From Eledone cirrhosa (Eukaryota), in contig OZ024747.1 of NCBI GenBank assembly GCA_964016885.1, positions 37,386,001 through 37,450,000 of the forward strand: 64,000 nucleotides of DNA, read 5' to 3'. Shown piece after piece: positions 26,270-41,300 of this stretch. The notes beneath the pieces were generated by a model. That model was not told the DNA's origin. It made no database searches and saw only the letters and a list, made by a program, of their open reading frames with translations. Each line of letters begins with the position of its first letter. The stretch's first letter is position 1. The position numbers and the translations under genes were made by a program.

Positions 26270-26552
26270 AATAGTTTCTGATTTAGGTACAAAGCCAACA
26301 AATTTGGGGGAAAGAGAAAGTCGAGAAAGCTGGTGCTTATCCTGGTTTATGTGGCATTAAGCAACTGAGAAAACAAGACTCCCCTCTAGACAGGACACCA
26401 GTCTATCGCCTCTCAGCTGTTGCTGGTACTCATTTTTAGCTGAGCAAGCTGAGGCAACATGAAATGAAGTATATTGCTCAAGAACACAGAACACATCCCA
26501 GTCTATGAATCAAACCCGCGGTATTATAATCCTAAGTCCAGCACCCTTACCA
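26270..26552 (-). mobile_element. tRNA-derived SINE remnant(s)
   Basis: Reverse complement begins with an A/B-box-like head and has GTGTTCTTGAGCAA, similar to the SINE at 62543; tail similar to the 48262 family. Confidence 0.55.
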
Positions 26553-26954
26553 TGTAAGTGAACATTTTTTTTATCACCACTTTCCTAAACAGAATCAAAC
26601 TCTGGCAAGGTTTGAACTCAGAACAGCTACAAATTGCATTCTATAGTTTCAGCAACTGCAGTAGAACCTCCCTCCATGTAGATACAGTTCAACTCCAGCG
26701 ATGATGATATTACGGTTAGTGATCATGATGATGATGCACACAAAATAGGTGCCTGAAGTATTTCTGAATGTCAAAAACAGTGCTAATTTGGGGGATAATT
26801 ATAGAGCAGTCAATAACTAATGAAGGTGATGACAAGGGGATAACAATGATGAAGGGGTAGTGGGAGGAGAGAATGAGATAGTGAGGTCAGAAGATGAGAT
26901 GAAAACTGTCACAACACAGAACAGAACCTGCAAATGATTGATAAAGTCACTTAC

Positions 26955-27010
26955 TTCAGTATCTGGTTTCCATCTCTCAGTTTCTTTATTTAACTTCAGT
27001 TTCTGCCATA
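26955..27010 (-). CDS. SF3A3: Splicing factor 3A subunit 3, penultimate coding exon (56 nt)
   Basis: Acceptor tttctacttacag; (L)WQKLKLNKETERWKPDTE (human recalled as LWAKLKLQKASERWQPDTE); donor gtaagt; joins in frame to the 5903-5980 exon. Confidence 0.92.
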
Positions 27011-29053
27011 CTGTAAGTAGAAATGTTAAAAAATGAAGTAGGGAATACATTTATAAATGACAATATATGAGAGGAAGGAGGAGAAAGGGAGGAAAGGCAG
27101 GGTAAAAGAGTGAGAGAGGTGTGAAAGTTCATAAACATTCAACACACCTCCCCTCAGACATTGGGTCCCCGCCTCTATATAATATATATCGTTTTTATTT
27201 ATTTTGTGTTACAAAAATATGTGTGTGCAATATGTTGTTGGAAGCACATTGCCAATAGAAAAAGGCTGCTTGCTATTGAGTGTAAAAAAAAGCAGAAGGA
27301 AAGTTTGCTAGCGATCACATATATAGAGACAAGAGAAAAATTAATTTTCTACTCCCTTGTGCTCAACCACATGTAGATGACATGGAACACCATTTGTAAA
27401 CCACAATTACAACAGCTACATGGCTAGTGTAGGTCATATAAATAAGATGAGACAAAAATTCACTAACAATTTGGTCTTTAGCTCTCCAGTAATGCCCTGC
27501 GATTTTGATGATGTTTGATACTATATACTAAATCACAAGGGACTCAAAAGTGTTGCGATCATCTGCAGCATCAAACAGATGTAGCAACGCAGTTGAGAAC
27601 AGGATATTTATTTTAAAATCCGTTGGGAAAAAGGTAAAAACTTGCTAGAAGGTTATCTTTCTGTATCCATAAAAAAAAAAAAAAAAGATTGTCATAACAA
27701 AATTGTTGAGAGTGCCAACATCAGAAAGGAAAGATGCTAGAGAATGGCCAATTAATACAAGTTTATAATGTGCATCCTTCAAAATTGCATTACGTACCGA
27801 TAGATGCTTTACAACTTTCCATGAAATAAATTATACTGAATTTGTGTATAAGTAATTTAATTTTATAAAATGTTTTTTTTTTCATTTCAAATTTTCCTAG
27901 TTTTCAATTTTTTTTTAATTTCATTTTATAATTTTAATTTCCCTATAAGGTGAGAGACATTTTCATTAATGATTAATGAATCATTACTGTGTGTATATAT
28001 TTCATTTTATAGTTTAGAATGTGTGAATTTACTCCATTTAGTAGTTTTCTTCCAACATCAATTCCCGTATATTATCTTTATGGTGCACCTGTTTTATATG
28101 CAAGTTCAATTGAAAATTCAATATGTACAATTCTTCTTTGTTACAATACCCAACTGAATATTGACTAATAATTCATTTTCTATGGTGGTATTGAAACAAA
28201 ATTAAAATAATTATATATTTTAAAGAATTTAACAGTATTTACTCATAATTAAAGTAGTTTGGAAAAAAAAATTATGTAATATATTTATTTAAGAGCCTTT
28301 TGTTAAGTTGTGTTCCAAAGAGTGCATTCATATATCAATAAACAATAAAGTTATAGTTGCTTTACAAAACCAGTTTAAATTTTTGATTATTTTAGAATAT
28401 AGCTTGAGTTAAAAGTATAGTAATGAAAGAGTTAAGTATATAAAATTAATGAAACTGTAAAATTTACCATGTGTGCCTTCTACCACACAACTCTTAAAAT
28501 CATTTACCACATAAAACTACATTGTCAAAGCATTTTTTTAAAGTACGAAAGAGCACTATAGTGACTGCATCACATTAAAAATTGAACTCTTTAGTTTACA
28601 GAAAACATTCACAAAGACACCTTAAACATTTGAACTAACAAACCTGTTTTTAGATATTTTCTACTAAACCATTACAAGGTGTTAAAAGATAAGGTAGTGA
28701 GTAGGAAAATAATGTTTACTCAACTGAAACAATATCCAGGAATAAGAAGAATTATTAGCATTGATGAAAGTATATTTGGTAACTATAGAGAAACTCCAGA
28801 CATGTTTTTGTTTTATTTTCAAACAAAAAATGTATGCTCATTCCATGTTCTGAAGTCTAGGAGGCTGTGTGTTGAGCATGCTTCAGTAAAGAGATTCAAT
28901 AAGACTGTGATATGTCCCCATAGCTCCCAAAGATCAAACTTACCCCTCCACTTTACATATCTTGATTTAATTTTTGGAATTCTATCCATTGTCCCCTTTC
29001 CAAAGTAATTGTCCTTATATATCTGCTTATTTATTTAATCAATTTGTACGTCC

Positions 29054-29357
29054 ATATAAACAATATGCCCCCACACCCTCCCACTGCAAAGTGGTCATGG
29101 AGGTGCCATGGCAAAAAAAGCACCCAGCCCACACTGTAAAGTGGACGTGTAGGCGCCACGGAAAAAAGTACCCAGCACTCACTGTAAATGAGGTTGGTGT
29201 TAGGAAGGGCATCCAGCTGTAGAAATCAAGCCAAAATCAGTTCCTGTATGAGCAAAGCATGGTCAGCTGACCAGACACTGCCCACAACAGGACAACCCGT
29301 CTAACCCATGCTAGCATGGAAGAACGGACGAAAAACGGTGATGATGATGATGATGAT
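29054..29357 (+). mobile_element. RTE 3'-UTR fragment with (GAT)n tail
   Basis: Very similar to 13748-14047. Confidence 0.88.
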
Positions 29358-29720
29358 ATAGAGCTAGTGAGACATGACAGACTAGGAGAAGTATCCAGTA
29401 CTTCTTACAGTTGAGAAACAAAAAACAAGATATACAGAAATAAGAGAATATTAAAATAAAATTAACAAAACAAAAAAATTAAAAAGGGAAGGCTAACGAG
29501 AGGCAAAGTAATCATTAAAAAAAAGATAAAGAAAAAATGGAAGCAAGAAGAAGGTTCTGTTGTTGAATCTTTTCATAACCTCTATGTACTCAAAAAATTT
29601 GTTAAGATTTGGTCGATCTTTTACAATATATTGTGTCTCCAATCTTGATACTTTAATGCAAGTGTTTATTGTATTAGAGAAATAATTGTAATTTCTGAAA
29701 AAAATTATTTTGCATTTGAC

Positions 29721-29968
29721 TCATCATCATCATTTTATGTCTGCTTTCCACACTTGTACAGATTAAATAGATTGTCAAAGTCCAAGACTGGATAGGTCAG
29801 AGGACCATGTCTTCCTCAGTCATTTCATTTAAGGATGATTTCTACAGTTGGATGTCCTTCCTAATGTCAACCCCATTGCAGTGGGTACTGGTGCATTTTA
29901 TTGTAGCACCAGCATTAATATCATCATCATCATCTTCGTTTAACGTCCATTTTCCACGCTAGCATGTA
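29721..29968 (-). mobile_element. Two degraded RTE tail fragments
   Basis: (CAT)n followed by TTTAACGTCCATTTTCCACGC and GGATGTCCTTCCTAA motifs. Confidence 0.6.
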
Positions 29969-30524
29969 TATCATGGTTCCTACAGTTTCCATTTGCCAAA
30001 TGCACATACAAGGCATTCACCAGCCCAAGGCTATAGTGGAATATACTAACATAAGTTTCAACAAGCAGAGTGTGAGATTCTAAACCAGACTTTTTACCCA
30101 CACAGCCGTGCATATAGGCGTGTAATTGTACCCCTATGTTTGTCCTTTTTTATCTTGAACTATAAACTATATATATATATATATATATATAAACACAAAC
30201 ATACACATATACATGCATACATACACACAGAGTACTGGTGGAATGTTCCAGTAAAAACCCCAATAAAATAGGCATAACAGACTAGATATAATGATATGGG
30301 ACGGAAAAGATGGCAGATGCCCAGTAAATGCCAATATAATATCAAAGATGTTGCTGAATTGCCGTGTTGAGAAATGTAATGTATTTTCACTTAATTTTCT
30401 TGTCTCTCCAACATCCCTGGCCCATCGGTATTTATTTATTTAAACTTCTCGTTTAACTTCTCATAATTATGGTCAAATCTGTAGGACCCTCAATAAATTA
30501 TTCTGTTCGCTAACCTTGCCCTGG

Positions 30525-33200
30525 TGTTGACGGGAGTGGGGGGGGGGGGGGTAGTAGGATGGGTATATATTTGGTTAAGAGGTGCCTACTGACTAGGTTT
30601 CGCTTTGTACATATTACTGTGTAGCGCCAAAGATCTGGGTCCAGTGACATTGTCTTAGAGAGGTGCAAGTGTGTGAGGTCGGAATTTATCAAATCGTTCC
30701 AGGTTTTTCTGGGTCTACCTATTCCGTAACTTCCATCAATTTTGATCGCCCTGCACTTTTTTATACAACTGTCGTCTTTCATGCGCATCACAAGACCATA
30801 CCAACGGAGTCTTCTTTTGAGTAAACAGCATCTGATCCCTCTTATTCCTAATTTCTCACTTAGTTCATTTATGCTTTACCGTCTGCGCAGATCCTCTGCA
30901 CACAAAGCCCATGTTTCACTGCCATGTAACATTGCTGTTCGTATATAGGCATCATACTATCTGCCTTTCATTTTTAGAGAGAAACCTTGGGGCAGAGAAT
31001 GGAGTTCCTACCTACACCTTTCCTACATACTGAGCAAGGCCATTTCCCTGAGGGGATCTGGGTTCTGTTTTCTCGTCTACTTACAAGGACCTTAGTCTTT
31101 GTCATGTTGACTTTGAGACCCTTTCTTTCTAGTCCCTGCTTCCAAGTTTGGAATTTATTCTCTAGTTCTACCATAGATTCAGCTATGAGTGCGAGGTCAT
31201 CAGCATACAGGAGTTCCCATGGGCATCCGGTCTTAAACTCCTCCGTTATTGCCTGCAGGACTATGATGAACAGGAAGGGGCTAAGGACTGAGTCCTGGTG
31301 AACCCCGACCTGTACGCTAAATTCCTCGCTATACTCATTGCTAATCCTAACTTTGCTGACTGCTCCCCTATACATGGCTTGTACCGCTTTCACAAGCCAT
31401 TCATCTACTCCTAGTTTTCTAAGAGCCCACCAGATTACAGCATGTGGAACTCTGTCAAAGGCTTTCTCAAAGTCAACAAATGCCAAGTAGAGTGGCTTAC
31501 TTTTAGCTAGGTACTTTTCCTGTAATTGCCTCACAAGGAAGAGGGCATCAGTGGTGCCTCTTCCTGGTACAAACCCAAATTGCATCTCGTCTATTTTCAC
31601 CTGGTCCCTAATCAACTGTGCTATAACTCTTTCTGTTACTTTCATGACCTGGTCCATCAACTTTATACCTCTATAGTTTCCTCTATCTAGTGCATCGCCT
31701 TTACCTTTGTAGCAGTTGACAATGATGCTACTGCACCAATCTTTTGGTATGACACCTTCTAGTATTACCTGGTTAACAATACGTGTGGTTATAGTGTGAC
31801 CTACAGACCCAGATGCCTTCAGCATCTCGGCAGCTATACCCGATGGACCGGTTGCCTTCCCCATCTTCATATCTTTGATCGCCTTACTTACTACGCTGCT
31901 GCTGACTTGTACTGCTGGCCCCTCTATAGGGTCTACTTGGGGTAGGGTCTCTTCTTCCCATGCATTCTCCTCATTTAGTAATCTATCATAATGACTCTTC
32001 CATGCATCTTTCTTCTCAGCACTTGTGAGGGCAAGCTCACCTTTATCATTCCGGACACACTTCTCTCCAATGACATCACAACTATCTCTGACACACTGCC
32101 TCGCAATCTTGAATACCTCCTGTTTCTGGTCCTCACGTTGCAAAACATGCTTGAATTTTCTATCCTCTGCTTCCCTCCTAGCTACGTATACTTGTCGCCT
32201 AGCTTCCCTCTTGGTCTCTACGTAATGTACCCTGCTCCTCCCGTTCTTCCATTCTTTCCATGCCTGTCTCTTGGCCTTAAATGCTTCATCTACCTTATTG
32301 TTCCACCACCAAGTCACTCTCCTCCTGCTTGAGGTCTTACTCCAGCCACAGACTTCATCTGTCGCCTCTAGTAAATTATTTTTTAGGAACTCCCAGTTCT
32401 CTTCTACATTAAATGTCTCTATCTGTTCTTCTTTACTGTCGTAGGCGTTGAGTAAAATATCTTTAAATCTGTTACTGGTTGAGGGGACTTTCAGCTTCCA
32501 GATCTTTCTTCTCCAGGTTGGCCTCTGTTTCCAGGTTCGACTAGTTTTGACCGTGAGGTCGCTGACAACTAAGCTATGTTGGGATGTACATTCCTCACTA
32601 GGGAAGGCTTTTGTGTTTACGACCGTCCATTTGTCACGTCCTCTGGTGAGGATAAAATCTATCTGACTGGAGTGCTCCCCTGATCTATAGGTGATCAGGT
32701 GGTTGTCGGGTTTTTTAAAGTTTGTGTTACATATCGACATGTCATTGGCGTCGCAGAATTCTAGAAGTCTAGTATTTCTACGATTTCTCCTGCTCTTCCT
32801 TTCATTGAGCCTACATTGATGGTACCAACTCGGAGTTTTGGGCATTTGTCGACAATCGTAGGGAAGGGTCTCCGGGTTGGCGCTTCACATGGGTGCTTGT
32901 TAGCTCGCAGATTCATATTTCATCTATTGATTCAGAGTTGCTCAAATTTATTCTCAGTTCATCCATCCATAACGGTGGGAAAATTGAGGGCTAGAAGAAC
33001 AGTGGTGGTGGGATAATGGCAGGGTGTGTTGGGCTGCGACAGGGGAGGAGAGAGTTAGTTAGGTGGTGGTAGTAGTAGTAGTAGCAGCAGCCGTAGAAAT
33101 GGCATGCTGGGGTTTGATGGTCGAATAGGCTATGGTGGTGTGAGGGGGTGGGTGGGAAATTGTGAGGTGGGCACTGAGGGTCGCATGGTAAATATCCTAG
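30525..33200 (-). mobile_element. RTE LINE with a 623-aa open frame (partial APE + RT) and internal deletions
   Basis: ORF 30974-32845: QIDFIL, KATGPSGI, NYRGIKL, QFGFVPG, DFEKAFDRVP, YADDL; 5' region 32810-33170 matches 57325-57655 in reverse; APE N-terminus deleted. Confidence 0.93.
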
Positions 33201-33552
33201 AGAGATATAATTAGAATACCGCATGGTAAATATCCGAAATTAATACAGCAGTAATATTAACAATAATAACGTCATAAAAACTAAGATACCTTCAAAAATT
33301 TGTATGGATGGGTGGCTGGAACGAAACCAAATCAACTCTAATGATACATTTTAGCAGATAAGCAGAAAGCGTCTTATCTCTTCAATAGCTTCAAGATGAG
33401 TGAAGAGAACCCAAGATGAATAGATAGAGATAGGGTAGTCATCATAGAGAGAGGTATAGAGAGGGGGGGGGCACTGAGGGTCACATGGTAAATATCCGAG
33501 AGAGATATAATTAGAATACTGCATGGTAAATATCCAAAATTAATACAGCAGT
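33170..33552. repeat. Direct duplication of ~83 bp (33170-33252 and 33470-33552)
   Basis: GGGCACTGAGGGTC.CATGGTAAATATCC.AGAGAGATATAATTAGAATAC.GCATGGTAAATATCC.AAATTAATACAGCAGT occurs twice. Confidence 0.85.
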
Positions 33553-33751
33553 GTGTGTATGTATGTGTGTGTGTTTGTGTATGTAAGTCAATGTGTAACA
33601 GATTAAAAGAGTGTGTGTGGGGAGGGGAAGAGACAACATCAAAATATAATAAATCAAAATTGTTCTGAGAAAATCTGAGGAATTTATTCCATCTTTCATT
33701 ACAAGGATAACTGAATTGAAACATTTACTACAGCAGTAACTCTATAGACTA

Positions 33752-33907
33752 ACACACACACAGACACAAAACCATGCAGATACATATACATGCACACACA
33801 CACACAAAACCATGCAGATACATATACATGCACACACACAAAACCATGCAGATACATATACATGCACACACACACACACAAAACCATGCAGATACATATA
33901 CATGCAC
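33752..33907. repeat. Minisatellite (CA)n-AAAACCATGCAGATACATATACATG x4
   Basis: Directly visible. Confidence 0.9.
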
Positions 33908-35050
33908 GTACACATACACATACATACACACACACATACAACTATATATGTGAAGAAAAGCATGAGATAAAGAATGTGAAAGACAAAAGAAAATCAGATA
34001 TCAATGGTGCAAGGTGTAGATGTAGATCTGTCTGTGCACCAGAAGTGCAATGGTTCAGATGAAATAGTTTAGGTTGAAAGGTGCTAAATGTAGATCTGTG
34101 GACTATTAAGTATTTAGATGTATGTTTATCTGTTCACCACAAGTACCTCTGTATTATAATGTGGTATGCTGGGAACTAAAGAAAAGGTGTCTACCTACCA
34201 TACAGATTTGTGAGAAGACAAGAGAGAGAGACAAAATTAAGTGGGCTGTTTAAAAGTAATTTTGCAGACTACTTCTAAAAAAAAGTCTAAAGTCTGTCTT
34301 GAGCCTCATCAGGTCAGTGTTTATCCCAGTAATGCAGAATGGTTTTGAACTTTTCCCACCTGAGAAGGAGCTTTGTGAGGTGGAGTGGCTGTTGCAGTGG
34401 GTATCGCTGGTCACTGTCCAAACCGGCTAAAGCTGGCCAGAATTCTCTACCTCTTTCTGTTGAAACTGGCTGTAACTGGCTACTCATACTGATGTTAAGG
34501 TATTGTTCTCAAAATAAATACTTTCAAAATCTCATGGATTCGATATTATGTGAGATAATTATGCGAGGTAAAGCCTTTACCATGAAAATATAATAGTATA
34601 TATAGATAAATGCTAAAGGGTTAATTTTCTGTTTCTCACCTTTAGTTTAAAAACAAAAATCTTCACAAAGTTTGCTTTTAAAAAGATTCATTGTTTTTTG
34701 ACAATTTCATAAATTCTAATTAGCTCGTTTGGAACTGCACAATGAAAATTAGATTTCAAATTCTCATCAATAACATTATTGCGATTCTATTTTTTATTTT
34801 AATTTTATTTCAACTGTATAAAAAAGTTGATTGGCACAGCTTCATCAAACCCAAACTTAATTTGAAAATAATTTGGTACTTCTGAATTACTTGTTAATGT
34901 AGAAGAGACTGGTTTGTGGTTATTTACAGCTTTCTCGGGGTATTAACAAATTTATAGAGGAGAGGAGGATACATATTTCCCCTCCTATTTGTAATTTGCC
35001 AGCTGTAGCCAATTTTTACTAGTTTAACTATCAACATTTGTACTGCTTCT

Positions 35051-35141
35051 GGGTACCTTAACAAACCTGCCCCTAGTCACACAACCTTGACATGAGGGTA
35101 CCTTAACAAACCTGCCCCTAGTCACACAACTTTGACATGAG
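35051..35141. repeat. ~45-bp tandem duplication
   Basis: GGGTACCTTAACAAACCTGCCCCTAGTCACACAAC(C/T)TTGACATGA x2. Confidence 0.9.
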
Positions 35142-35362
35142 CAAATGAAGATAAATTTTGCCATATGCACTTCTTAGACAATGTGTATTATTAGAGTTAC
35201 ATAAGACAGATGACTGAGTGAATGAAGAAAGCTTTTAGATTATGAGAAACAACACTGAGATCAAGCAAGTAAAATGAACAAAGAGGCATATACATAGGGC
35301 TACACCTGGCCCTTCCAAACAAACATTTACATGACCCATTTGTGATCGAATCTGAACTTACC

Positions 35363-38300
35363 AAAAGAACTGGGATGTAGAATCATGAAGGGATTGGATC
35401 CACAAATGAAGGAAAAGATGTGTAGAGAAAGGACTGGGATGTAGTCATGAAGGCATTGGATCCACAAATGAAGGGAAAGATGTGTAGAGAAAGGACTGGG
35501 ATGTAGTCATGAAGGCATTGGATCCACAAATGAAGGAAAATATGTGTAGAGAAAGGACTGGGATGTAGTCATGAAGGCATTGGATCCACAAATGAAGGAA
35601 AATATGTGTAGAGAAAGGACTGGGATGTAGTCATGAAGGCATTGGATCCACAAATGAAGGAAAATATGTGTAGAGAAAGGACTGGGATGTAGTCATGAAG
35701 GCATTGGATCCACAAATGAAGGGAAAGATGTGTAGAGAAAGGACTGGGATGTAGTCATGAAGGCATTGGATCCACAAATGAAGGGAAAGATGTGTAGAGA
35801 AAGGACTGGGATGTAGTCATGAAGGCATTGGATCCACAAATGAAGGGAAAGATGTGTAGAGAAAGGACTGGGATGTAGTCATGAAGGCATTGGATCCACA
35901 AATGAAGGGAAAGATGTGTAGAGAAAGGACTGGGATGTAGTCATGAAGGCATTGGATCCACAAATGAAGGGAAAGATGTGTAGAGAAAGGACTGGGATGT
36001 AGTCATGAAGGCATTGGATCCACAAATGAAGGGAAAGATGTGTAGAGAAAGGACTGGGATGTAGTCATGAAGGCATTGGATCCACAAATGAAGGGAAAGA
36101 TGTGTAGAGAAAGGACTGGGATGTAGTCATGAAGGCATTGGATCCACAAATGAAGGGAAAGATGTGTAGAGAAAGGACTGGGATGTAGTCATGAAGGCAT
36201 TGGATCCACAAATGAAGGAAAAGATGTGTAGAGAAAGGACTGGGATGTAGTCATGAAGGCATTGGATCCACAAATGAAGGGAAAGATGTGTAGAGAAAGG
36301 ACTGGGATGTAGTCATGAAGGCATTGGATCCACAAATGAAGGAAAATATGTGTAGAGAAAGGACTGGGATGTAGTCATGAAGGCATTGGATCCACAAATG
36401 AAGGAAAAGATGTGTAGAGAAAGGACTGGGATGTAGTCATGAAGGCATTGGATCCACAAAAGAAGGGAAAGATGTGTAGAGAAAGGACTGGGATGTAGTC
36501 ATGAAGGCATTGGATCCACAAATGAAGGGAAAGATGTGTAGAGAAAGGACTGGGATGTAGTCATGAAGGCATTGGATCCACAAATGAAGGAAAATATGTG
36601 TAGAGAAAGGACTGGGATGTAGTCATGAAGGCATTGGATCCACAAAAGAAGGGAAAGATGTGTAGAGAAAGGACTGGGATGTAGTCATGAAGGCATTGGA
36701 TCCACAAATGAAGGGAAAGATGTGTAGAGAAAGGACTGGGATGTAGTCATGAAGGCATTGGATCCACAAATGAAGGGAAAGATGTGTAGAGAAAGGACTG
36801 GGATGTAGTCATGAAGGCATTGGATCCACAAAAGAAGGGAAAGATGTGTAGAGAAAGGACTGGGATGTAGTCATGAAGGCATTGGATCCACAAATGAAGG
36901 GAAAGATGTGTAGAGAAAGGACTGGGATGTAGTCATGAAGGCATTGGATCCACAAATGAAGGGAAAGATGTGTAGAGAAAGGACTGGGATGTAGTCATGA
37001 AGGCATTGGATCCACAAAAGAAGGGAAAGATGTGTAGAGAAAGGACTGGGATGTAGTCATGAAGGCATTGGATCCACAAATGAAGGGAAAGATGTGTAGA
37101 GAAAGGACTGGGATGTAGTCATGAAGGCATTGGATCCACAAATGAAGGAAAAGATGTGTAGAGAAAGGACTGGGATGTAGTCATGAAGGCATTGGATCCA
37201 CAAATGAAGGGAAAGATGTGTAGAGAAAGGACTGGGATGTAGTCATGAAGGCATTGGATCCACAAATGAAGGAAAAGATGTGTAGAGAAAGGACTGGGAT
37301 GTAGTCATGAAGGCATTGGATCCACAAATGAAGGGAAAGATGTGTAGAGAAAGGACTGGGATGTAGTCATGAAGGCATTGGATCCACAAATGAAGGGAAA
37401 GATGTGTAGAGAAAGGACTGGGATGTAGTCATGAAGGCATTGGATCCACAAAAGAAGGGAAAGATGTGTAGAGAAAGGACTGGGATGTAGTCATGAAGGC
37501 ATTGGATCCACAAATGAAGGAAAAGATGTGTAGAGAAAGGACTGGGATGTAGTCATGAAGGCATTGGATCCACAAAAGAAGGGAAAGATGTGTAGAGAAA
37601 GGACTGGGATGTAGTCATGAAGGCATTGGATCCACAAATGAAGGAAAAGATGTGTAGAGAAAGGACTGGGATGTAGTCATGAAGGCATTGGATCCACAAA
37701 TGAAGGAAAAGATGTGTAGAGAAAGGACTGGGATGTAGTCATGAAGGCATTGGATCCACAAATGAAGGAAAATATGTGTAGAGAAAGGACTGGGATGTAG
37801 TCATGAAGGCATTGGATCCACAAATGAAGGAAAAGATGTGTAGAGAAAGGACTGGGATGTAGTCATGAAGGCATTGGATCCACAAATGAAGGGAAAGATG
37901 TGTAGAGAAAGGACTGGGATGTAGTCATGAAGGCATTGGATCCACAAAAGAAGGGAAAGATGTGTAGAGAAAGGACTGGGATGTAGTCATGAAGGCATTG
38001 GATCCACAAATGAAGGGAAAGATGTGTAGAGAAAGGACTGGGATGTAGTCATGAAGGCATTGGATCCACAAATGAAGGGAAAGATGTGTAGAGAAAGGAC
38101 TGGGATGTAGTCATGAAGGCATTGGATCCACAAATGAAGGAAAAGATGTGTAGAGAAAGGACTGGGATGTAGTCATGAAGGCATTGGATCCACAAATGAA
38201 GGGAAAGATGTGTAGAGAAAGGACTGGGATGTAGTCATGAAGGCATTGGATCCACAAATGAAGGAAAATATGTGTAGAGAAAGGACTGGGATGTAGTCAT

Positions 38301-41300
38301 GAAGGCATTGGATCCACAAATGAAGGGAAAGATGTGTAGAGAAAGGACTGGGATGTAGTCATGAAGGCATTGGATCCACAAATGAAGGGAAAGATGTGTA
38401 GAGAAAGGACTGGGATGTAGTCATGAAGGCATTGGATCCACAAATGAAGGAAAAGATGTGTAGAGAAAGGACTGGGATGTAGTCATGAAGGCATTGGATC
38501 CACAAATGAAGGGAAAGATGTGTAGAGAAAGGACTGGGATGTAGTCATGAAGGCATTGGATCCACAAATGAAGGGAAAGATGTGTAGAGAAAGGACTGGG
38601 ATGTAGTCATGAAGGCATTGGATCCACAAATGAAGGGAAAGATGTGTAGAGAAAGGACTGGGATGTAGTCATGAAGGCATTGGATCCACAAAAGAAGGGA
38701 AAGATGTGTAGAGAAAGGACTGGGATGTAGTCATGAAGGCATTGGATCCACAAATGAAGGGAAAGATGTGTAGAGAAAGGACTGGGATGTAGTCATGAAG
38801 GCATTGGATCCACAAATGAAGGGAAAGATGTGTAGAGAAAGGACTGGGATGTAGTCATGAAGGCATTGGATCCACAAATGAAGGGAAAGATGTGTAGAGA
38901 AAGGACTGGGATGTAGTCATGAAGGCATTGGATCCACAAATGAAGGGAAAGATGTGTAGAGAAAGGACTGGGATGTAGTCATGAAGGCATTGGATCCACA
39001 AATGAAGGGAAAGATGTGTAGAGAAAGGACTGGGATGTAGTCATGAAGGCATTGGATCCACAAAAGAAGGGAAAGATGTGTAGAGAAAGGACTGGGATGT
39101 AGTCATGAAGGCATTGGATCCACAAATGAAGGAAAAGATGTGTAGAGAAAGGACTGGGATGTAGTCATGAAGGCATTGGATCCACAAATGAAGGGAAAGA
39201 TGTGTAGAGAAAGGACTGGGATGTAGTCATGAAGGCATTGGATCCACAAATGAAGGGAAAGATGTGTAGAGAAAGGACTGGGATGTAGTCATGAAGGCAT
39301 TGGATCCACAAAAGAAGGGAAAGATGTGTAGAGAAAGGACTGGGATGTAGTCATGAAGGCATTGGATCCACAAATGAAGGGAAAGATGTGTAGAGAAAGG
39401 ACTGGGATGTAGTCATGAAGGCATTGGATCCACAAATGAAGGAAAAGATGTGTAGAGAAAGGACTGGGATGTAGTCATGAAGGCATTGGATCCACAAATG
39501 AAGGGAAAGATGTGTAGAGAAAGGACTGGGATGTAGTCATGAAGGCATTGGATCCACAAATGAAGGGAAAGATGTGTAGAGAAAGGACTGGGATGTAGTC
39601 ATGAAGGCATTGGATCCACAAAAGAAGGGAAAGATGTGTAGAGAAAGGACTGGGATGTAGTCATGAAGGCATTGGATCCACAAAAGAAGGGAAAGATGTG
39701 TAGAGAAAGGACTGGGATGTAGTCATGAAGGCATTGGATCCACAAATGAAGGAAAAGATGTGTAGAGAAAGGACTGGGATGTAGTCATGAAGGCATTGGA
39801 TCCACAAATGAAGGAAAAGATGTGTAGAGAAAGGACTGGGATGTAGTCATGAAGGCATTGGATCCACAAATGAAGGGAAAGATGTGTAGAGAAAGGACTG
39901 GGATGTAGTCATGAAGGCATTGGATCCACAAATGAAGGAAAATATGTGTAGAGAAAGGACTGGGATGTAGTCATGAAGGCATTGGATCCACAAATGAAGG
40001 AAAAGATGTGTAGAGAAAGGACTGGGATGTAGTCATGAAGGCATTGGATCCACAAATGAAGGAAAAGATGTGTAGAGAAAGGACTGGGATGTAGTCATGA
40101 AGGCATTGGATCCACAAATGAAGGAAAAGATGTGTAGAGAAAGGACTGGGATGTAGTCATGAAGGCATTGGATCCACAAATGAAGGGAAAGATGTGTAGA
40201 GAAAGGACTGGGATGTAGTCATGAAGGCATTGGATCCACAAATGAAGGAAAAGATGTGTAGAGAAAGGACTGGGATGTAGTCATGAAGGCATTGGATCCA
40301 CAAATGAAGGAAAAGATGTGTAGAGAAAGGACTGGGATGTAGTCATGAAGGCATTGGATCCACAAATGAAGGAAAAGATGTGTAGAGAAAGGACTGGGAT
40401 GTAGTCATGAAGGCATTGGATCCACAAAAGAAGGGAAAGATGTGTAGAGAAAGGACTGGGATGTAGTCATGAAGGCATTGGATCCACAAATGAAGGAAAA
40501 GATGTGTAGAGAAAGGACTGGGATGTAGTCATGAAGGCATTGGATCCACAAAAGAAGGGAAAGATGTGTAGAGAAAGGACTGGGATGTAGTCATGAAGGC
40601 ATTGGATCCACAAATGAAGGAAAAGATGTGTAGAGAAAGGACTGGGATGTAGTCATGAAGGCATTGGATCCACAAATGAAGGAAAAGATGTGTAGAGAAA
40701 GGACTGGGATGTAGTCATGAAGGCATTGGATCCACAAAAGAAGGGAAAGATGTGTAGAGAAAGGACTGGGATGTAGTCATGAAGGCATTGGATCCACAAA
40801 TGAAGGAAAAGATGTGTAGAGAAAGGACTGGGATGTAGTCATGAAGGCATTGGATCCACAAAAGAAGGGAAAGATGTGTAGAGAAAGGACTGGGATGTAG
40901 TCATGAAGGCATTGGATCCACAAATGAAGGAAAAGATGTGTAGAGAAAGGACTGGGATGTAGTCATGAAGGCATTGGATCCACAAATGAAGGAAAAGATG
41001 TGTAGAGAAAGGACTGGGATGTAGTCATGAAGGCATTGGATCCACAAAAGAAGGGAAAGATGTGTAGAGAAAGGACTGGGATGTAGTCATGAAGGCATTG
41101 GATCCACAAATGAAGGAAAAGATGTGTAGAGAAAGGACTGGGATGTAGTCATGAAGGCATTGGATCCACAAATGAAGGAAAAGATGTGTAGAGAAAGGAC
41201 TGGGATGTAGTCATGAAGGCATTGGATCCACAAAAGAAGGGAAAGATGTGTAGAGAAAGGACTGGGATGTAGTCATGAAGGCATTGGATCCACAAAAGAA

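Noticed and set aside
27495-27600. C/D-box snoRNA candidate (TGATGA)
   Set aside because: No D box (CTGA) at a suitable distance and no terminal stem.
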